Source: Eledone cirrhosa
Taxonomy: Eukaryota
Assembly: GCA_964016885.1 (NCBI GenBank)
Contig: OZ024745.1
Coordinates: forward strand, 16,120,001-16,184,000
Length of the DNA stretch: 64,000 nt
Direction of reading: 5' to 3'
Shown here: positions 1 to 12,326 of the stretch, in pieces
Numbering within the stretch: the stretch's first letter is position 1
Layout of the letters: each line of letters opens with the position of its first letter
Made by a program: the position numbers and the translations under genes
Notes under the pieces: model-generated
What the model was told of the DNA's origin: nothing
Database searches by the model: none
The model's input: the letters and a program-made list of their open reading frames with translations, nothing else

Positions 1-315
1 ATGTCCACCCTCTTCCACCCATGCCTATATGAATCACTTTGATCACTGATTTTGTTTGTGTCTGAGACTAAAAATATACAATAATTACTTATTTAAGTGA
101 TACTGATAATTACTTATTTAAGTTGTACCCAGACTAAAAGTTTAAAAATAATTACTTATATATATATATGATACTCTAAACATATCAATTTCGTCATTAA
201 GTTTATTAAAATCACTCTACAATATATAACACTGAAATTGAGATACCCAGAAAACTTTAAAAAACCCTTCCCCTCCTTCTCAACCCCCCTACCTTCTCCT
301 CCTCCTCTTCTACAG

Positions 316-373
316 TATTTATTATTTGGGGAGTTTGGAATAGAAGACTCTTGTCTTAGGCAAACTATATTTG
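316..373 (+). CDS. Probable penultimate coding exon of an unidentified host gene (YLLFGEFGIEDSCLRQTIF+G)
   Basis: Polypyrimidine tract plus TACAG acceptor ending at 315; open 58-nt exon (19 codons + 1 nt); G|GTAAAT donor at 374; end phase matches the next exon. Confidence 0.65.
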
Positions 374-595
374 GTAAATTTCACTGACATCATGAACAAA
401 TAAGAGAACAAAGACAGAAAGAGAGTTGCACCGATTTGAAATACTGATGCAGACATATATATTATATTTAACAGTTCTTGCGTAGTATTTCACCCCAGGG
501 TTTCACATAAAGAAACCATTTTTAGACGCCTGCAGGCACACTTTTGGAGTCGAATTACATCTACTGAATTCTAATATTTGTTTTTTCTCTCTCAG

Positions 596-717
596 CTAAA
601 CAAAAACTCAGGGAGATGTTAAAAGGCATATCAAAAGAAACATTTGAAACTGAATTCTATAACTTCTTCCTAGGTTTTGCTAACATTTTCCACTACATTA
701 ACAGTCGAGCTACATAA
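596..717 (+). CDS. Probable terminal coding exon of the same gene (AKQKLREMLKGISKETFETEFYNFFLGFANIFHYINSRAT*)
   Basis: CTAAT branch-like site at 571 and TTTTTTCTCTCTCAG acceptor; the phase-1 join gives GCT (Ala) and stays open to TAA at 715-717; AATAAA at 800-805. Protein not recognised. Confidence 0.65.
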
Positions 718-1084
718 ACAAACAAATAGTCTTCTTATTGTTTTCTTTAGCTCGCTTCCTTTTAATCTTTTCTCTCTCAAGAAATAACGCCGTGACAGAA
801 ATAAAACATACTTGACAACTGAAACCACTACGGCAATTAAATGTTTAAAACCCAGTCAGAATAGATAAATATATTTTTCATAATTTGATTAGAAAATTTC
901 AACATTATATTTCAGAAAATGAAATATTTGAGGAAACAAAATTTTCAAAACGAAATATCTCTTTGTAAGAGTACGTTTTTGGAAGCGATAACCATTTAAC
1001 ATTGAATGACAGTAATATAATCGTGGCATAGAAATAATTTGTTTTTACTATTTAGAGAATGATAGTTAAATGGCGGGCCTGACT

Positions 1085-1336
1085 AATCACTTCCTCTTCG
1101 TACCGGTCTCTGTCGAAACCCCTGGTGTACTTGGTCCCCGCACTGCTGATTTTCTCCGTAAAATCGGAAAGATAGCAGCCCACTTGAGGACGGAGCCCCG
1201 TGAGATAGGGTGGCTCTTGCTGCGGGTGTCTCTGGCCATTCTCTATGGTAACACCTTTAGCTATTTTCTCCGTGGAACGCATTTGGAATACCGCTTAGAT
1301 TGGGTCCGCCCCCTTCCTCTTTCTGTCGTTGCTTAA
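1085..1336 (+). mobile_element. 3' remnant of a CRE-clade non-LTR retrotransposon (restriction-like endonuclease C-terminus)
   Basis: FLFVPVSVETPGVLGPRTADFLRKIG...EPREIGWLLLRVSLAILYGN matches the CRE-type pattern F.P..VET.G..GP....FL..LG.....DPRE..FL.QRLS.A..RGN; GC-rich island in AT-rich DNA. Confidence 0.75.
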
Positions 1337-1689
1337 TTCTTTTTTTTCTTTTTCTTCTTTTCATTTCTTTTCTTTTTGTTCCCTTTAATAGTGTTTTGCT
1401 TTCGTATAAACTGTTTAATTAAGGAAAGTAGGGCAGTTTCCATTCCCCCTTTTACCCGAAGATTTGTTGGAGTGAAGGTAGAAGATTTCCTCAAACTTGT
1501 GTTATGGTTCGAATGCTTGCAACAGTGGATTCCGCTAAAGACACACAAGTGAGAAGTGGTGGTGTTAAATAAGGCGAATGTTTATGTCTACCATCCAATT
1601 AGGCCCCCAGTTAATAACTTAGAGCCTTAAACAAATACTGGAATACATCTCATCAGATACTCTAACAATTCCGTCTTATAAATCAATCG

Positions 1690-1820
1690 CTCTAAATTGG
1701 TATTTTATCGAACTTTTATCGAAAATGAATGGCAAAGTTGAAATCAGATTGTAGGGAGCAGGAACAAATACCACAGAAAATTTTGTCTGGCACTCTACCG
1801 ACTCCGACAATTCGCCGTCA
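1690..1820 (-). mobile_element. Degenerate copy of the abundant tRNA-derived (Meta-domain-like) SINE
   Basis: Partial matches TTTTATCGA...ATGAATGGCAAAGTTGA...CTCTACCGACTCCGACAATTCGCCG to the intact copy at 11581. Confidence 0.55.
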
Positions 1821-2089
1821 AGTTACAATAATCATTTACTAACCATTTTCATTAGTTGTATACACTCTGCAGGTTTTAACTCTGCTAATTGTTTTCGTTA
1901 TATTATTGCCACGAAGAGCTCACCATTACAACAATAGTTCTTTCTATATTTAATAAGCCTGAATTAATCATACATGAAACTCTTCTCAGTGATATCATTG
2001 AAGCAGACACGAAGGAGACAAAGGTAGGGAGGACATAGAAACATTGATTTCAGTGTGGATTTAGGGAGTCTTTATCCAGAAAATAGACG

Positions 2090-2470
2090 TAGATAATAGA
2101 TGAAAATAATCGATAAAAGATATAGACATAGATATTAGACGAACATTATAGATAAGAGATAAATGATATATATAATTTTCTATATCATTTATCTATTATA
2201 ATAGAACGTAGGTAGTGATTATAGATAATAGACATAACTAATAGATAATACGTAGATACTATATGATAAATATTACACAGATAATATGATAGACACAGAT
2301 ACGATAGACATAGCTAATACATAATACACAGAAGATATGTAGACGTAACTAATGATAAGGCACAGATATGATAGACATAGCTAATAGATAATACACAGAT
2401 TATATATGATAGACATAGCTAATAGATAATACACAGATTATATATGATAGACAATAGAACTAATAGATTA
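2090..2470. repeat. Degenerate GATA-rich minisatellite (~38-bp unit GATAGACATAGCTAATAGATAATACACAGATTATATAT)
   Basis: Directly visible tandem copies, cleanest at 2370-2450. Confidence 0.8.
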
Positions 2471-3167
2471 TAACCATAATTTAAAAAAAATGAGGTGTTA
2501 CATTTGGCAAAGTCGTTAGAGATTAGCATAAAATACGTTACAAGTTTTGTACCGGCTCTCAGCGTTCAATTCCGGTCGAGGTTTACTATGCCTTTCATTT
2601 TCACGGGATCAATGAAGGAAGTACCAGTCCAATATTGGTGCAGTCCTCTCTCTTTCTCCTCTCTGGATGTTCCATTAAATCAAAAGTATAAGGATTGAGA
2701 GTCTGTTTGTGTCTGTAAAATAAAAACACACAGAAATCATTGACGAAAGCATGTTACCAGCTCCTATGTCTTCCACGTTTGCGAGTGTTGGTCGTAAAAA
2801 GACATACAAATCAATACGTTATATATATTAGACATAAATGAACAATTCTGTCTTTTTTTACTGATCTTTATTTTGTCGTTATGCAAATAATAAGCTAATG
2901 GTATACTTAAATACACACACACAACCGATCCCTTATATATATATATAAGGGATAACAAAATATCGTTATAGGTAATCCAGTTAGAGGTTGTGAATACTTC
3001 TTATTATGGATAGTTTTAGCGTACGGCGTTGTTTGACTCAACAAGATGTTTACGTAGATGACGAGTTTATGATTTCACTTGTATTCCTATGTAAGTTAAT
3101 CTTGGAGTAATAATATTGAAAAAGTGAAGAATAACATGGTCAACAGTACAAAAAAGGGGATTTATTT

Positions 3168-3279
3168 ACAGTTTAACAATTGTTTCTCTGATAAAGTTGT
3201 CTAAATATTGCGGAACACTAGAAGCAGTGCCACTCAATTTCAAATACAATGCTAGCTCGATCAGATCTTCAGAAACTGT
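3168..3279 (-). ncRNA. Type-I hammerhead ribozyme motif with long stem II
   Basis: Minus strand: ACAGTTT CTGAAGA TCTGAT...ATCAGA GAA ACAATTGT T AAACTGT. 7-bp stem I, 6-bp stem II base, palindromic stem III, intact core. Confidence 0.85.
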
Positions 3280-3389
3280 TATAAAAATATATATAATTTA
3301 CAAATTCTAATTACATCATCAATAATAATATTAATAATAAAGATAGAGAGAGAGAAAAAGAAAGAGAGATAGGTACAGGAGAGAAAGAA

Positions 3390-3457
3390 TACATACTTAT
3401 ATTTAGGTATCAGCCGTACTAAGAGTGAGAAATGAAATTTTGTTTCATTCTTTTCCA

Positions 3458-3460
<3 letters not shown>
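3390..3460 (+). mobile_element. Isolated 3' end/tail of the module family also seen at 16650-17168, abutting (TA)n
   Basis: CATACTTATATTTA..CAGCCGTA.TAAGAGTGAGAAATGAAATTT.GTTTCATT..TTCCATT is near-identical to 17100-17168; both are followed directly by (TA)n. Confidence 0.75.
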
Positions 3461-3525
<65 letters not shown>

Positions 3526-3530
3526 TATAT

Positions 3531-3593
<63 letters not shown>

Positions 3594-3597
3594 CGTA

Positions 3598-3640
<43 letters not shown>

Positions 3641-3644
3641 CGTA

Positions 3645-3697
<53 letters not shown>

Positions 3698-3698
3698 T

Positions 3699-3769
<71 letters not shown>

Positions 3770-3770
3770 T

Positions 3771-3813
<43 letters not shown>

Positions 3814-3913
3814 CGTATATATATTATATATATATATATATATACATATGTAAAACCAGTAAAGTTATTGGAAATAAATCTTCTTAAAGACTTCAATTAC
3901 ATTTTCAACTTTC

Positions 3914-3995
<82 letters not shown>

Positions 3996-4030
3996 TATAT
4001 ATATATATATATATACACGCATATATATAC

Positions 4031-4098
<68 letters not shown>

Positions 4099-4112
4099 GC
4101 ATATATATACAT

Positions 4113-4160
<48 letters not shown>
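3461..4160. repeat. Compound (TA)n/(CA)n microsatellite with repeated interruption cassettes
   Basis: Directly visible; source of the poly-YI/HT/CV ORFs. Confidence 0.95.
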
Positions 4161-4163
<3 letters not shown>

Positions 4164-4488
4164 AAAATGTTTAACCCGACGGCAGAGCTGAAGCTATTTC
4201 TACGGCTATTTCTTTCCAGAATATATATAAGTACTATTCCAGCGTGTGTAGGCAGGCAGCAGTGGAGGAAAAGTTTTAATAATGTTTTGAAAAGATGTTG
4301 ACTACTGAAAGTTGATTTATTTTGAAGATGAGCAATTGGATGAGAAATAGAAAAGCTGAAAGGCATTTGTTTCTCTAGAGAGGAGCAGTAGGTCACAGAT
4401 CTAGAAACTGGTGAATATCTGTTGGTATGGTAAAGTTCATTATGTGGAAATACAAGTATAACACCCACATACGCACGTACGCATGTAT

Positions 4489-4531
<43 letters not shown>

Positions 4532-4582
4532 GACACAGACACAGACACACACACACTCAGACACACACACGCACGCACACAC

Positions 4583-4652
<70 letters not shown>

Positions 4653-4853
4653 TTATGTATTTCATAGTGTATTGCAAACACAGGAAACAAAACAGAAGAT
4701 ATAAAAAGATAGTTTTTCAAGATAAAAATATGTATTTCTATCTTCCTTTTTCCTTTTCTATTTCTCTTCCTATCTTCTCTCTCTCATCACCAATCAACTC
4801 CCTCCCCTCTATCTCCCATCTCCCCCTCTCTCTCACTCTCCCCCTCTACTTCT

Positions 4854-4904
<51 letters not shown>

Positions 4905-5276
4905 GAAAGGGAATATTAAATAACGTCAGTGAGTGTACTTCCCGGTGCTAGAAATCAGTCAGGGTGCTGCAATATTTACCAAAGTAGCTGTCAGCTATTC
5001 CTTGGCAAGGAGACAGTGTGAATGACTTATCACATTTCAACAACAAAACACACCCCCTACTATTTCCTCTCTTTGCCAGAAATGTTGTACGGATGAATAT
5101 CATTTTAGAATTTTTACAAGCTGCAAGCTTATATCAGGGAAAAGGAAAACATATATGCTGAGATTCAGATTTAAAAGATAAAAGATAGAGATCCACCCCA
5201 CACATGCATACTTATATTTTCATTATTGTGCGTTCATACGTACATATCTATTATATATAAATACATATACATGTAT

Positions 5277-5589
5277 ATAATTAATTGCATCAGTGACATA
5301 TACACTGTTTAAGTTTCGTTGGGTTATACACCCCAGCCTGTTATATAAAATAAAAAAATAAGATATATTTATTTTTAAAATTTTATATAACAGATTGAAT
5401 GAGTTGGAGTGTATAACCCAACGAAACTTAAGTATCTCTGTATGTCACTGTTGTAACTAATTATACTTAACTTGTCCTATGGACTGAGTGTTCTTACCCT
5501 TGGATATTTCTACCAAACTTATAGAGCGTGAACCTAATAAACTTTTATTTGTACTGTTCTTCTGTTTTTGTTCCCGCCCAAGTTTTCAC

Positions 5590-5592
<3 letters not shown>
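5277..5592 (+). mobile_element. Non-coding inverted-arm-plus-tail module ending at (TA)n (PLE pLTR-like)
   Basis: 5277-5350 is an imperfect reverse complement of ~5381-5465; a unique tail runs to the (TA)n at ~5593; contains an HHR-like motif. Confidence 0.65.
5392..5437 (+). ncRNA. Degenerate hammerhead-like motif
   Basis: AGA TTGAATGA GTTGG...CCAAC GAA ACTTAAGT A TCT. Perfect 5-bp stem II and palindromic stem III, but the core deviates from CUGANGA. Confidence 0.55.
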
Positions 5593-5650
<58 letters not shown>

Positions 5651-5652
<2 letters not shown>

Positions 5653-6215
5653 TAGTAACACAACAGTTAGTTCACCATACCGAGAACAATTGTTTCACCT
5701 TATGCGGATCTTCAGCTCGGACTGGTAATGGTTATACGGAACAGGAAGAACATATAAATGCGCATGTGCAGAAACGGTCACTTCACCCAAGCGATGTAAA
5801 ACCACGGGCGAAATGTGTAAGGGAGATAACTGCGAATGTCCAGAATAAAATGTTCGGGTTGAGGAGAAAATTAGAATGTTGTTGTTATTCAATCCGGAGC
5901 TTTTAGTTATCCAAGAGGTGTTTCCAGACATGTGGACAACGCGAGACGATTTCATTTCTTGAATTTAAGCAATCGCCATTGCGTATTCTCCTTAGAATAT
6001 TTATCCTTTCTTCAATACATAGTCCACATGACGGATTGCCCCTTGCGTGTGGTTTGGACTTAGTGATACCCGAGTCTTTGAGGGACCATACTTGGCTCGC
6101 GACTAAAGTTCGACTGAAGTCCGTCATACCCACATAGGATTTCACCTCCTGTGGTTGATTTGGTTGGTTGGAAGTGACCACAGCTTCATAAACTACAGCG
6201 GGTGTGTTGCATGCT
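5651..6215 (-). mobile_element. 5'-truncated, internally deleted Penelope-like element: GIY-YIG endonuclease C-terminus plus 3' pLTR
   Basis: Minus strand: CNTPAVVYEAVV...KSYVGMT...CGLCIEERINI...CLNSRNEIVSRCPH (VVY/YVG bipartite motif and PLE-type C-terminus); HHR downstream; ends in (TA)n. Confidence 0.8.
5680..5720 (-). ncRNA. Minimal type-I hammerhead ribozyme motif
   Basis: CCGAG CTGAAGA TCCGCATAAGGT GAA ACAATTGT T CTCGG. Perfect 5-bp stem I, palindromic stem III, weak stem II. Confidence 0.8.
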
Positions 6216-6291
6216 GTTGAAGGGGAGAAGCTTCAGGCATTCGGCACTGAGTGCTCTACCACTGCAGATATTACCTTCCAGTGTTCTACGT

Positions 6292-6360
<69 letters not shown>

Positions 6361-7128
6361 ATGATGTTGACATAGAAAAGGATGAGTACTCAATAACGAT
6401 GTAGATTTTGATAATATTTTTTTTATTTCTAAGTGATGTGTTTTGCTACTCTGGATTTTACATGTATACTCATAGGATCATATGACAAGATTCATCTCTG
6501 ATGATTCTGTGAGTACACAGCTGAAACTTCAGAGTAACATCATTCATAAACTAACCATAATAAATAACACTCACCCTATATACTCGTCTATAAAACTGAT
6601 TTAGATATAAGCCGGCTCCTTTATTTTTTATCCGAGAAAAGGGCAAATACCCAAACCCGTATATGAGTCGAGGCAGCTAATAAGCACATGTTTAAATGGC
6701 GCGGTCTTGTAAATTCCAACAAATAGAGGATATTTTTACGAGGTTTTAGTATTTTAGTACCTAAAATGAGAGTAGAGTTTTAATATTTTGATCTGTAAAC
6801 TCCATTTACCATTTCATCCGTTCTACTAAGTTTCAACAAGTTTTTTAAATTTTTGTTTCCTTTCCATTTTCGCAGAAAACAATAACGTCAACCCCCGAAT
6901 GTAACAGATTTTTATTTAACATACAAAACCACTAAAACATTTGTATATATAAGATAAACATGCACACACACACACATACACTCTCTCTCTCTTCCACGCA
7001 GACACACACACATGACACGCACACACACACTGTTTATGTTTACTGTCTATGCATGATTATGTGTGTGAGTGTATGTGTGTGTGTGTATGTGAGTTTGTGT
7101 GGGTGTATGTGTGTGTGTGTGTGTGGGC

Positions 7129-7171
<43 letters not shown>

Positions 7172-7312
7172 AGTATTTAAATATATTTATAAAAGTATAT
7201 ATGTAAGATTTTATATTAATCATAAAAGTGTTCCAATGAATAAGTTATATATGTATCTCTCTCTCTCTCTCGCTCTCTATCTCCCTCTCTCTCTATATAT
7301 ATCTATCTATCT

Positions 7313-7390
<78 letters not shown>

Positions 7391-8818
7391 TGTGTGTGGT
7401 GTGTGTGTACAGCTATAGTGTACTGCCCTCAACTCAGTTTGTTTTCACGCAACTTCTGTAAAATCTACATATGTTGCAGATATATATTCGGAATGTGCAT
7501 ATTACGAGTATGACAATAAAAGATTTTAAAGTAAAATATTATTTTCATATGTATCGCTAAAGATATTTTGACACCCTTTTTATGTAGTTGTTGAAATTTA
7601 TGAAAATCGGTAGAATACTGACCTCGAATAGAGATAAATATTATTTATTTTATGAAAAGCAAAACAAGATGAATAATAAAAAAAAAGCCCTAAAATCATA
7701 AACTAACCAAAACTGACATAAAATTTTAAAGATTTTCGACTTTTCATTTTGAAGAAGTCGAATTTTGACTAAACGGTAAAATCAGTCATCCTAACGTAGA
7801 CAACGGTTTTTTTTATTAGAAGCTCTAGCTGCAAAAAAGTGAACTCTGAAGTGTAAACATTTTTAACTATTCCTCTGTAGACAGAAAAAACATCAGAGAT
7901 TATTCTTATCCCTGCATTTCTGAAGTTATTACATCCTCATCAGAGAATAATTACTCATATGATTTTGAGTTCAGGGGAATATTTCTATAATAAAGCTATA
8001 TATGTCATAGTGTATGTCATGATATATGTCAGAAAATACCTGAAATATAGGCAAAAGAATAATCTATAATGTTTTCTCTGTACGGAGGAATAGTTGAAAG
8101 AGCTGTCTCTCTCATGATTCGATCACCAAAACTTCGGCTCAGCTGTATTTGAACTCAAAGTTGAAATGAATACAACAAAGCGTCCTTTTCGTCGTCTCAG
8201 GCTCTGCCAATTCCCCGCCTTACAGTGCAATAAACGATAATGCTATTTTAAGATATGTAAATTTAATATTTCTCTTTATAATTCTTAACAAGTATAAGAT
8301 ATTTTATAGATCTCCTTAGTCAAAATTGTAACAGTATATTTTCTGTTAATTTGAGTTTAAATTAATTTAAGATTATATTATTTTCTATTAAATATTGGTT
8401 TCTAATTTACTGTAGGCTCGAATTGACGTTATCAATTTATCACGAATTGTTTACAAAACAATTTGAAGACAAACATTTTCTCTTTACTTTCATTTTATTT
8501 TACCAGCTTCCATTTTGTAAGTTTCTTTAATATTTTCGAATATCTTTTCTCTGTGACCTTGTAATAAGTAAAGACATGTATCGTCATTATAATAGATGTG
8601 TTGCTCTTGTCTTTTGCTTTTGTAAAATATTCCTTGACAATTAAAGCAAAATCACTCTCATTTACGCAGCGTGTCTCTCCGTAGATTCCAATCTTGATAG
8701 AAACATTCCTTTTTTCATAATTTAATTAATTGCAAACTTAAAAAAGAAACAAAACATAAATAAAACGTTAAATTATCACTCACACTCACACACACACACG
8801 CGCGCGCGCACACAGATA

Positions 8819-8986
8819 TAATTGTTTCTACTATTGGCACAAGGCCAGCAATTATCCAGTACATTACTGGTACTTTATTTTATCGACGCCGTAAGGATGA
8901 AAGGCAAAGTTAACCTCGGCGGGATTTGAACTCAGAAATGGCAAGGGTCGTAACTCTATGCCTCAAAGCATGGCGTCCGACCCTAT
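8819..8986 (-). mobile_element. tRNA-derived Meta-domain-like SINE, 5'-truncated
   Basis: Reverse complement of the 11581 copy, including the B-box GAGTTCAAATCC and the GCCTTTCATCCTTACG..GTCGATAAAATAAAGTACCAG domain. Confidence 0.85.
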
Positions 8987-9049
8987 AAAAATGCACACGC
9001 ACACACAAATAAACACCTATATACATACATAAATAGATACATATACATA

Positions 9050-9447
9050 TCTCTCTCTTGGTTGTCCATCGTAAACGATGATGACATCTTTTTCATTGTT
9101 GTTCCCAGCCGCCGTGGGTGCGAAGGTGGCTGTGGAGGCCGATCCTTGACTTGCAGGTCCGGGGACAGTGGGGGCAGGGGAAGAGACCGGAGTCGCTTGG
9201 GGCAGCTGCTAATGCCTTTCTCCTCCTTTCACGGGCCTCAGTGACCTCTGCCCGTCTCTTCTCTTCAAAAGAGTCTTTGGCGCGTCTGGTAAGGGCTCGC
9301 CACTCAGTCCTGTCCTGAGCATGGGACTCGAGTCGTTTTGGGGCGATTCCAGTATTGTTGATGCTGGACTTCACACAGTCTTTGAACCTCTTGAGAGGCC
9401 TGCCTTGCTTTCGTTTCCCCGAACAGAGTTCCCCATATATCAGTTGT
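9050..9447 (-). mobile_element. 3' fragment of an RTE-clade LINE with C-terminal C2H2 zinc finger
   Basis: QLIYGELCSGKRKQGRPLKRFKDCVK...AQDRTEWR...FPCPHCPRTCKSRIGLHSHLRTH is the typical RTE/BovB-like C-terminus; short 3' UTR ending in GA repeats. Confidence 0.9.
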
Positions 9448-9722
9448 TCTATAGGTGGAATTATTTATCTCAAAGTGTACGTGACTAGAATTTCGAATTC
9501 TATCTTCCTGTGATATTTCTACAAACGTTAAGCCACTAACATCAATATATAGAATTTACACGGGGGACTTGAATTGCTAAAAATAGCAGCCAAATCACTA
9601 CAATTTAGAGGCGAATGGGAATTTAAGATAATGTTGACAGGAAGGTACAGGCTGGAATACATTTGATCATAAGATTTCTAGACCAGGATCATAGTTATTG
9701 TCAATATATGCTGCCCTCTGGA

Positions 9723-10011
9723 CAGGGTTGGATTTAGACGTTGCAGGCGCCCTGAGTACTTTAGGTTTAGAGGACCTCTCATACTAAAAGAATAGAATAC
9801 TCAGCAACCCGCCTCAGTTTTATATATCAAAGATAGCTTGGCACAAGTAATTGGAATTGAAAAGTTATTAAATTCAAAAATTATAACCACCCTAAAACTA
9901 AAAAGCCCAGCTCAGGGCACGAGTAAATTGCTACGGTCGTCGCTGGTGAGACCCTCCCCCACTACAGGAGGCCCAGGGCAATTGCCCCTCCCCCCATTAA
10001 ATCCGGCCCTG
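9723..10011. mobile_element. hAT-type non-autonomous DNA transposon (MITE)
   Basis: TIRs CAGGGTTGGATTTA / TAAATCCGGCCCTG and GGCCC-rich subterminal motifs; no clean 8-bp TSD visible. Confidence 0.65.
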
Positions 10012-10460
10012 CCTAGGGTTAAAAATGAAGAGAACCACCACCACCAACAATAACAACAATAACAACTATACACATTTAATTAGTTTAAAATATCACCTGA
10101 ATATTTTCTTAGGAATTATTGGTGTTTAGACCCAGAGCAGCGTACACTGAGCATACCTCTATAATCCAATAGTGACCGTCCAGTCTTTATGTAATGTATA
10201 ATAAAGGTAAATAGACCCATATACAACATGTTTACGAGTAATACACATACATTTGATTTAACTGCGAATATTTAAAGCTGTGATCATATCATAGCTACAT
10301 CAGCAGCGCTGTAGTTTGTACTATATACATGATATATATTTCTAAGATATTAAAATATGTTGTCTCTATATAGCATAACGAGGACGAAATATATATCTGT
10401 CTGTCTCTCTGTCTATCTCTGTCTATGCCTGCCTGTCGGTGTTTCTGACCGGCCGTTTAG

Positions 10461-10565
<105 letters not shown>

Positions 10566-10849
10566 ATCATGTGAAGATTGTGATTGTACAAATGTTTATA
10601 TTTAGATATAAATGCTCAAGTCATTAACCAACAATAAAGAACGCAATACTTGATACACACTAACATATTTAATTTCTCTTTACTCGGTAACAGTTACTGC
10701 AATGTTTCGCTAAGTATGCTTTTTCAAATATTGTTTTTCATATATAATAGCAGGCTTACTGAAATATGAGCTGAATAGGATGAAATACGAGATGTTATTT
10801 CAGATATAGTGAATGGTGGGAGAACATTGGGCGTGTGTATATTAGTAGA

Positions 10850-11265
10850 AGTACGTAGCTTAGTTGTTCGGGCATTAGGCTCATGATTTTAAGGTCATGA
10901 GTTCAATTTCTAGACGTGGCGTGCGTTGTGTACTTAAATAGGACGATGTATTTCACGTTGTTTTAGTCAACTCAGTCGGAATAATAATTGTTTCTACTTT
11001 TGGCACAAGGCCAGCAATTATGCCAGTCTATTACTGGTACTTTATTATATCGACCCCGTAAGGATGAAATGCAAAGTTAACCTCGGCGGGATTTGAACTC
11101 AGACCGGAATAATAATGAGTTGTACTTGTCATTCAAAAGCCCAGACTCGTCACATACTGAATCTCCCTGAGAATGGCGTTAAGGGTACACTTGAACGTTA
11201 AATTCACGAGCAGGCTGTTCTGTTAATCGAACAACACATCGTCGAAACCGACTGGGGTTATAACA
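10850..11265 (+). mobile_element. Older tRNA-derived CORE-like SINE interrupted by a younger SINE
   Basis: A-box-like TAGCTTAGTTG and B-box GAGTTCAATTTC, then a TTGTGTACTTAAATAGGAC..TTTCAC CORE-like segment; resumes after the insertion; related 3' part on the minus strand at 14600-14800. Confidence 0.6.
10989..11104 (-). mobile_element. 5'-truncated Meta-domain-like SINE nested in the older SINE
   Basis: 12-bp TSD CGGAATAATAAT at 10977-10988 and 11105-11116. Confidence 0.9.
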
Positions 11266-11380
11266 TTTCATAAAGATATCAAATATATATATGTGTGTGG
11301 TGTAGGAACAATTTTAAAGGTTTATGAAATACTGAAATACATTTTCTAAAATTTAGAATGGCCGTTTTATTTGTAATTGG

Positions 11381-11569
11381 TACGAGAGTCGAAAAGTTCA
11401 TAGGCTGACCAAGATACTCTCATGGAACGAGCAAATGAGGTTTATTTTTCAACATAGTCCCTAGAAAGAAACAATTAATAAGAAGAGCTGAAATTAATAC
11501 ATGAAAGATTTCACAGCCCTAGCATCACCCCTTCATAGTCAGTCTATAACCTTTCATCTGACTATCGTA
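11381..11569. mobile_element. Mariner-derived MITE
   Basis: TA-bounded imperfect TIRs TACGAGAGTC-GAAAAGTTCATAGGCTGAC / GTCAGTCTATAACCTTTCATCTGACTATCGTA; TTTATTTTTCAACATAGTC motif typical of mariner 5' ends. Confidence 0.7.
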
Positions 11570-11580
11570 TTATTAACAAA

Positions 11581-11767
11581 GGCGGTGGATTGGCAGTATC
11601 TGTAGAGGGTCGGACGCCATGCTTTGACGCACAGAGTTACGGCCCTTGCCATTCTGAGTTCAAATCCCGCCGAGGTTAACTTTGCCTTTCATCCTTACGG
11701 GGTCTATAAAATAAAGTACCAGTAATGCACTGAGTAATTGTTGGCCTTGTGCCCAAAAGTAGAAACA
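11581..11767 (+). mobile_element. Full-length tRNA-derived Meta-domain-like SINE
   Basis: A-box TGGCAGTATCTG, B-box GAGTTCAAATCC, central GCCGAGGTTAACTTTGCCTTTCATCCTTACGGGGTC.ATAAAATAAAGTACCAG; TSD ATTATTAACAAA at 11569-11580 and 11768-11779. Meta assignment is from memory of the consensus. Confidence 0.85.
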
Positions 11768-12326
11768 ATTATTAACAAAAACTCCTAAAACGTTATTACA
11801 GAACCAATGTTATGATATATTTTCGCAGAATATCTAATTATTATTATTTTTTTTTTTCATAACGAATTTTAATTTAGATATAATAAAGTAGAAATTCAAA
11901 TTATTATTTATTTCAATACGATGTCTACAATGTTTATATTTTATCAATATTTTAATTTGAATTAAAATAACTTACCAACTTGATAAAAAATTATTTTAGT
12001 ATTAACGGAGAAAAATATATTTCTAAGTAGATGCAAACAAAATAAATACACATACGAGTTTATATTGCAATTGAGATGAAGTAAAATTGTGAGAACGTAG
12101 GACATGTTTTACTGTGTTTGATTCGGATGTCTGTGCTAAACGATTAAATCCCACCAAAACTAGCTTTGTCTTTCATCCTTCCGCGGTCAAATTTACCTGT
12201 CATCCTTTTGTAATCGACAAATTATAGATCCAATCCAGATCCATACTAGTCCAGTCAAGTCCAAATGTATTAGTAGAGTTGTCCGGCACTCTACCGATAC
12301 TGCCAATCGACCATCTTTTTTATAGC

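Noticed and set aside
3419-4951. Long poly-YI/HT/CV ORFs here and at 16-17 kb, 19 kb, 23 kb, 50.5 kb, 57 kb and 62 kb
   Set aside because: Translations of (TA)n/(CA)n microsatellites, which lack stop codons in most frames.
6573-6700. Tc2/pogo-like MITE end (TATACTCGTCTATAA...TATAAGCCG)
   Set aside because: No matching second TIR found; too decayed to call.
7860-8100. Old inverted repeat with minus-strand CTGATGA...GAAATGCAG
   Set aside because: U16.1 is missing and the stems pair poorly; plausible fossil module but not supportable as a ribozyme.
11581-11670. tRNA gene suggested by A/B boxes
   Set aside because: Head of a multi-copy SINE with TSDs; no complete cloverleaf.
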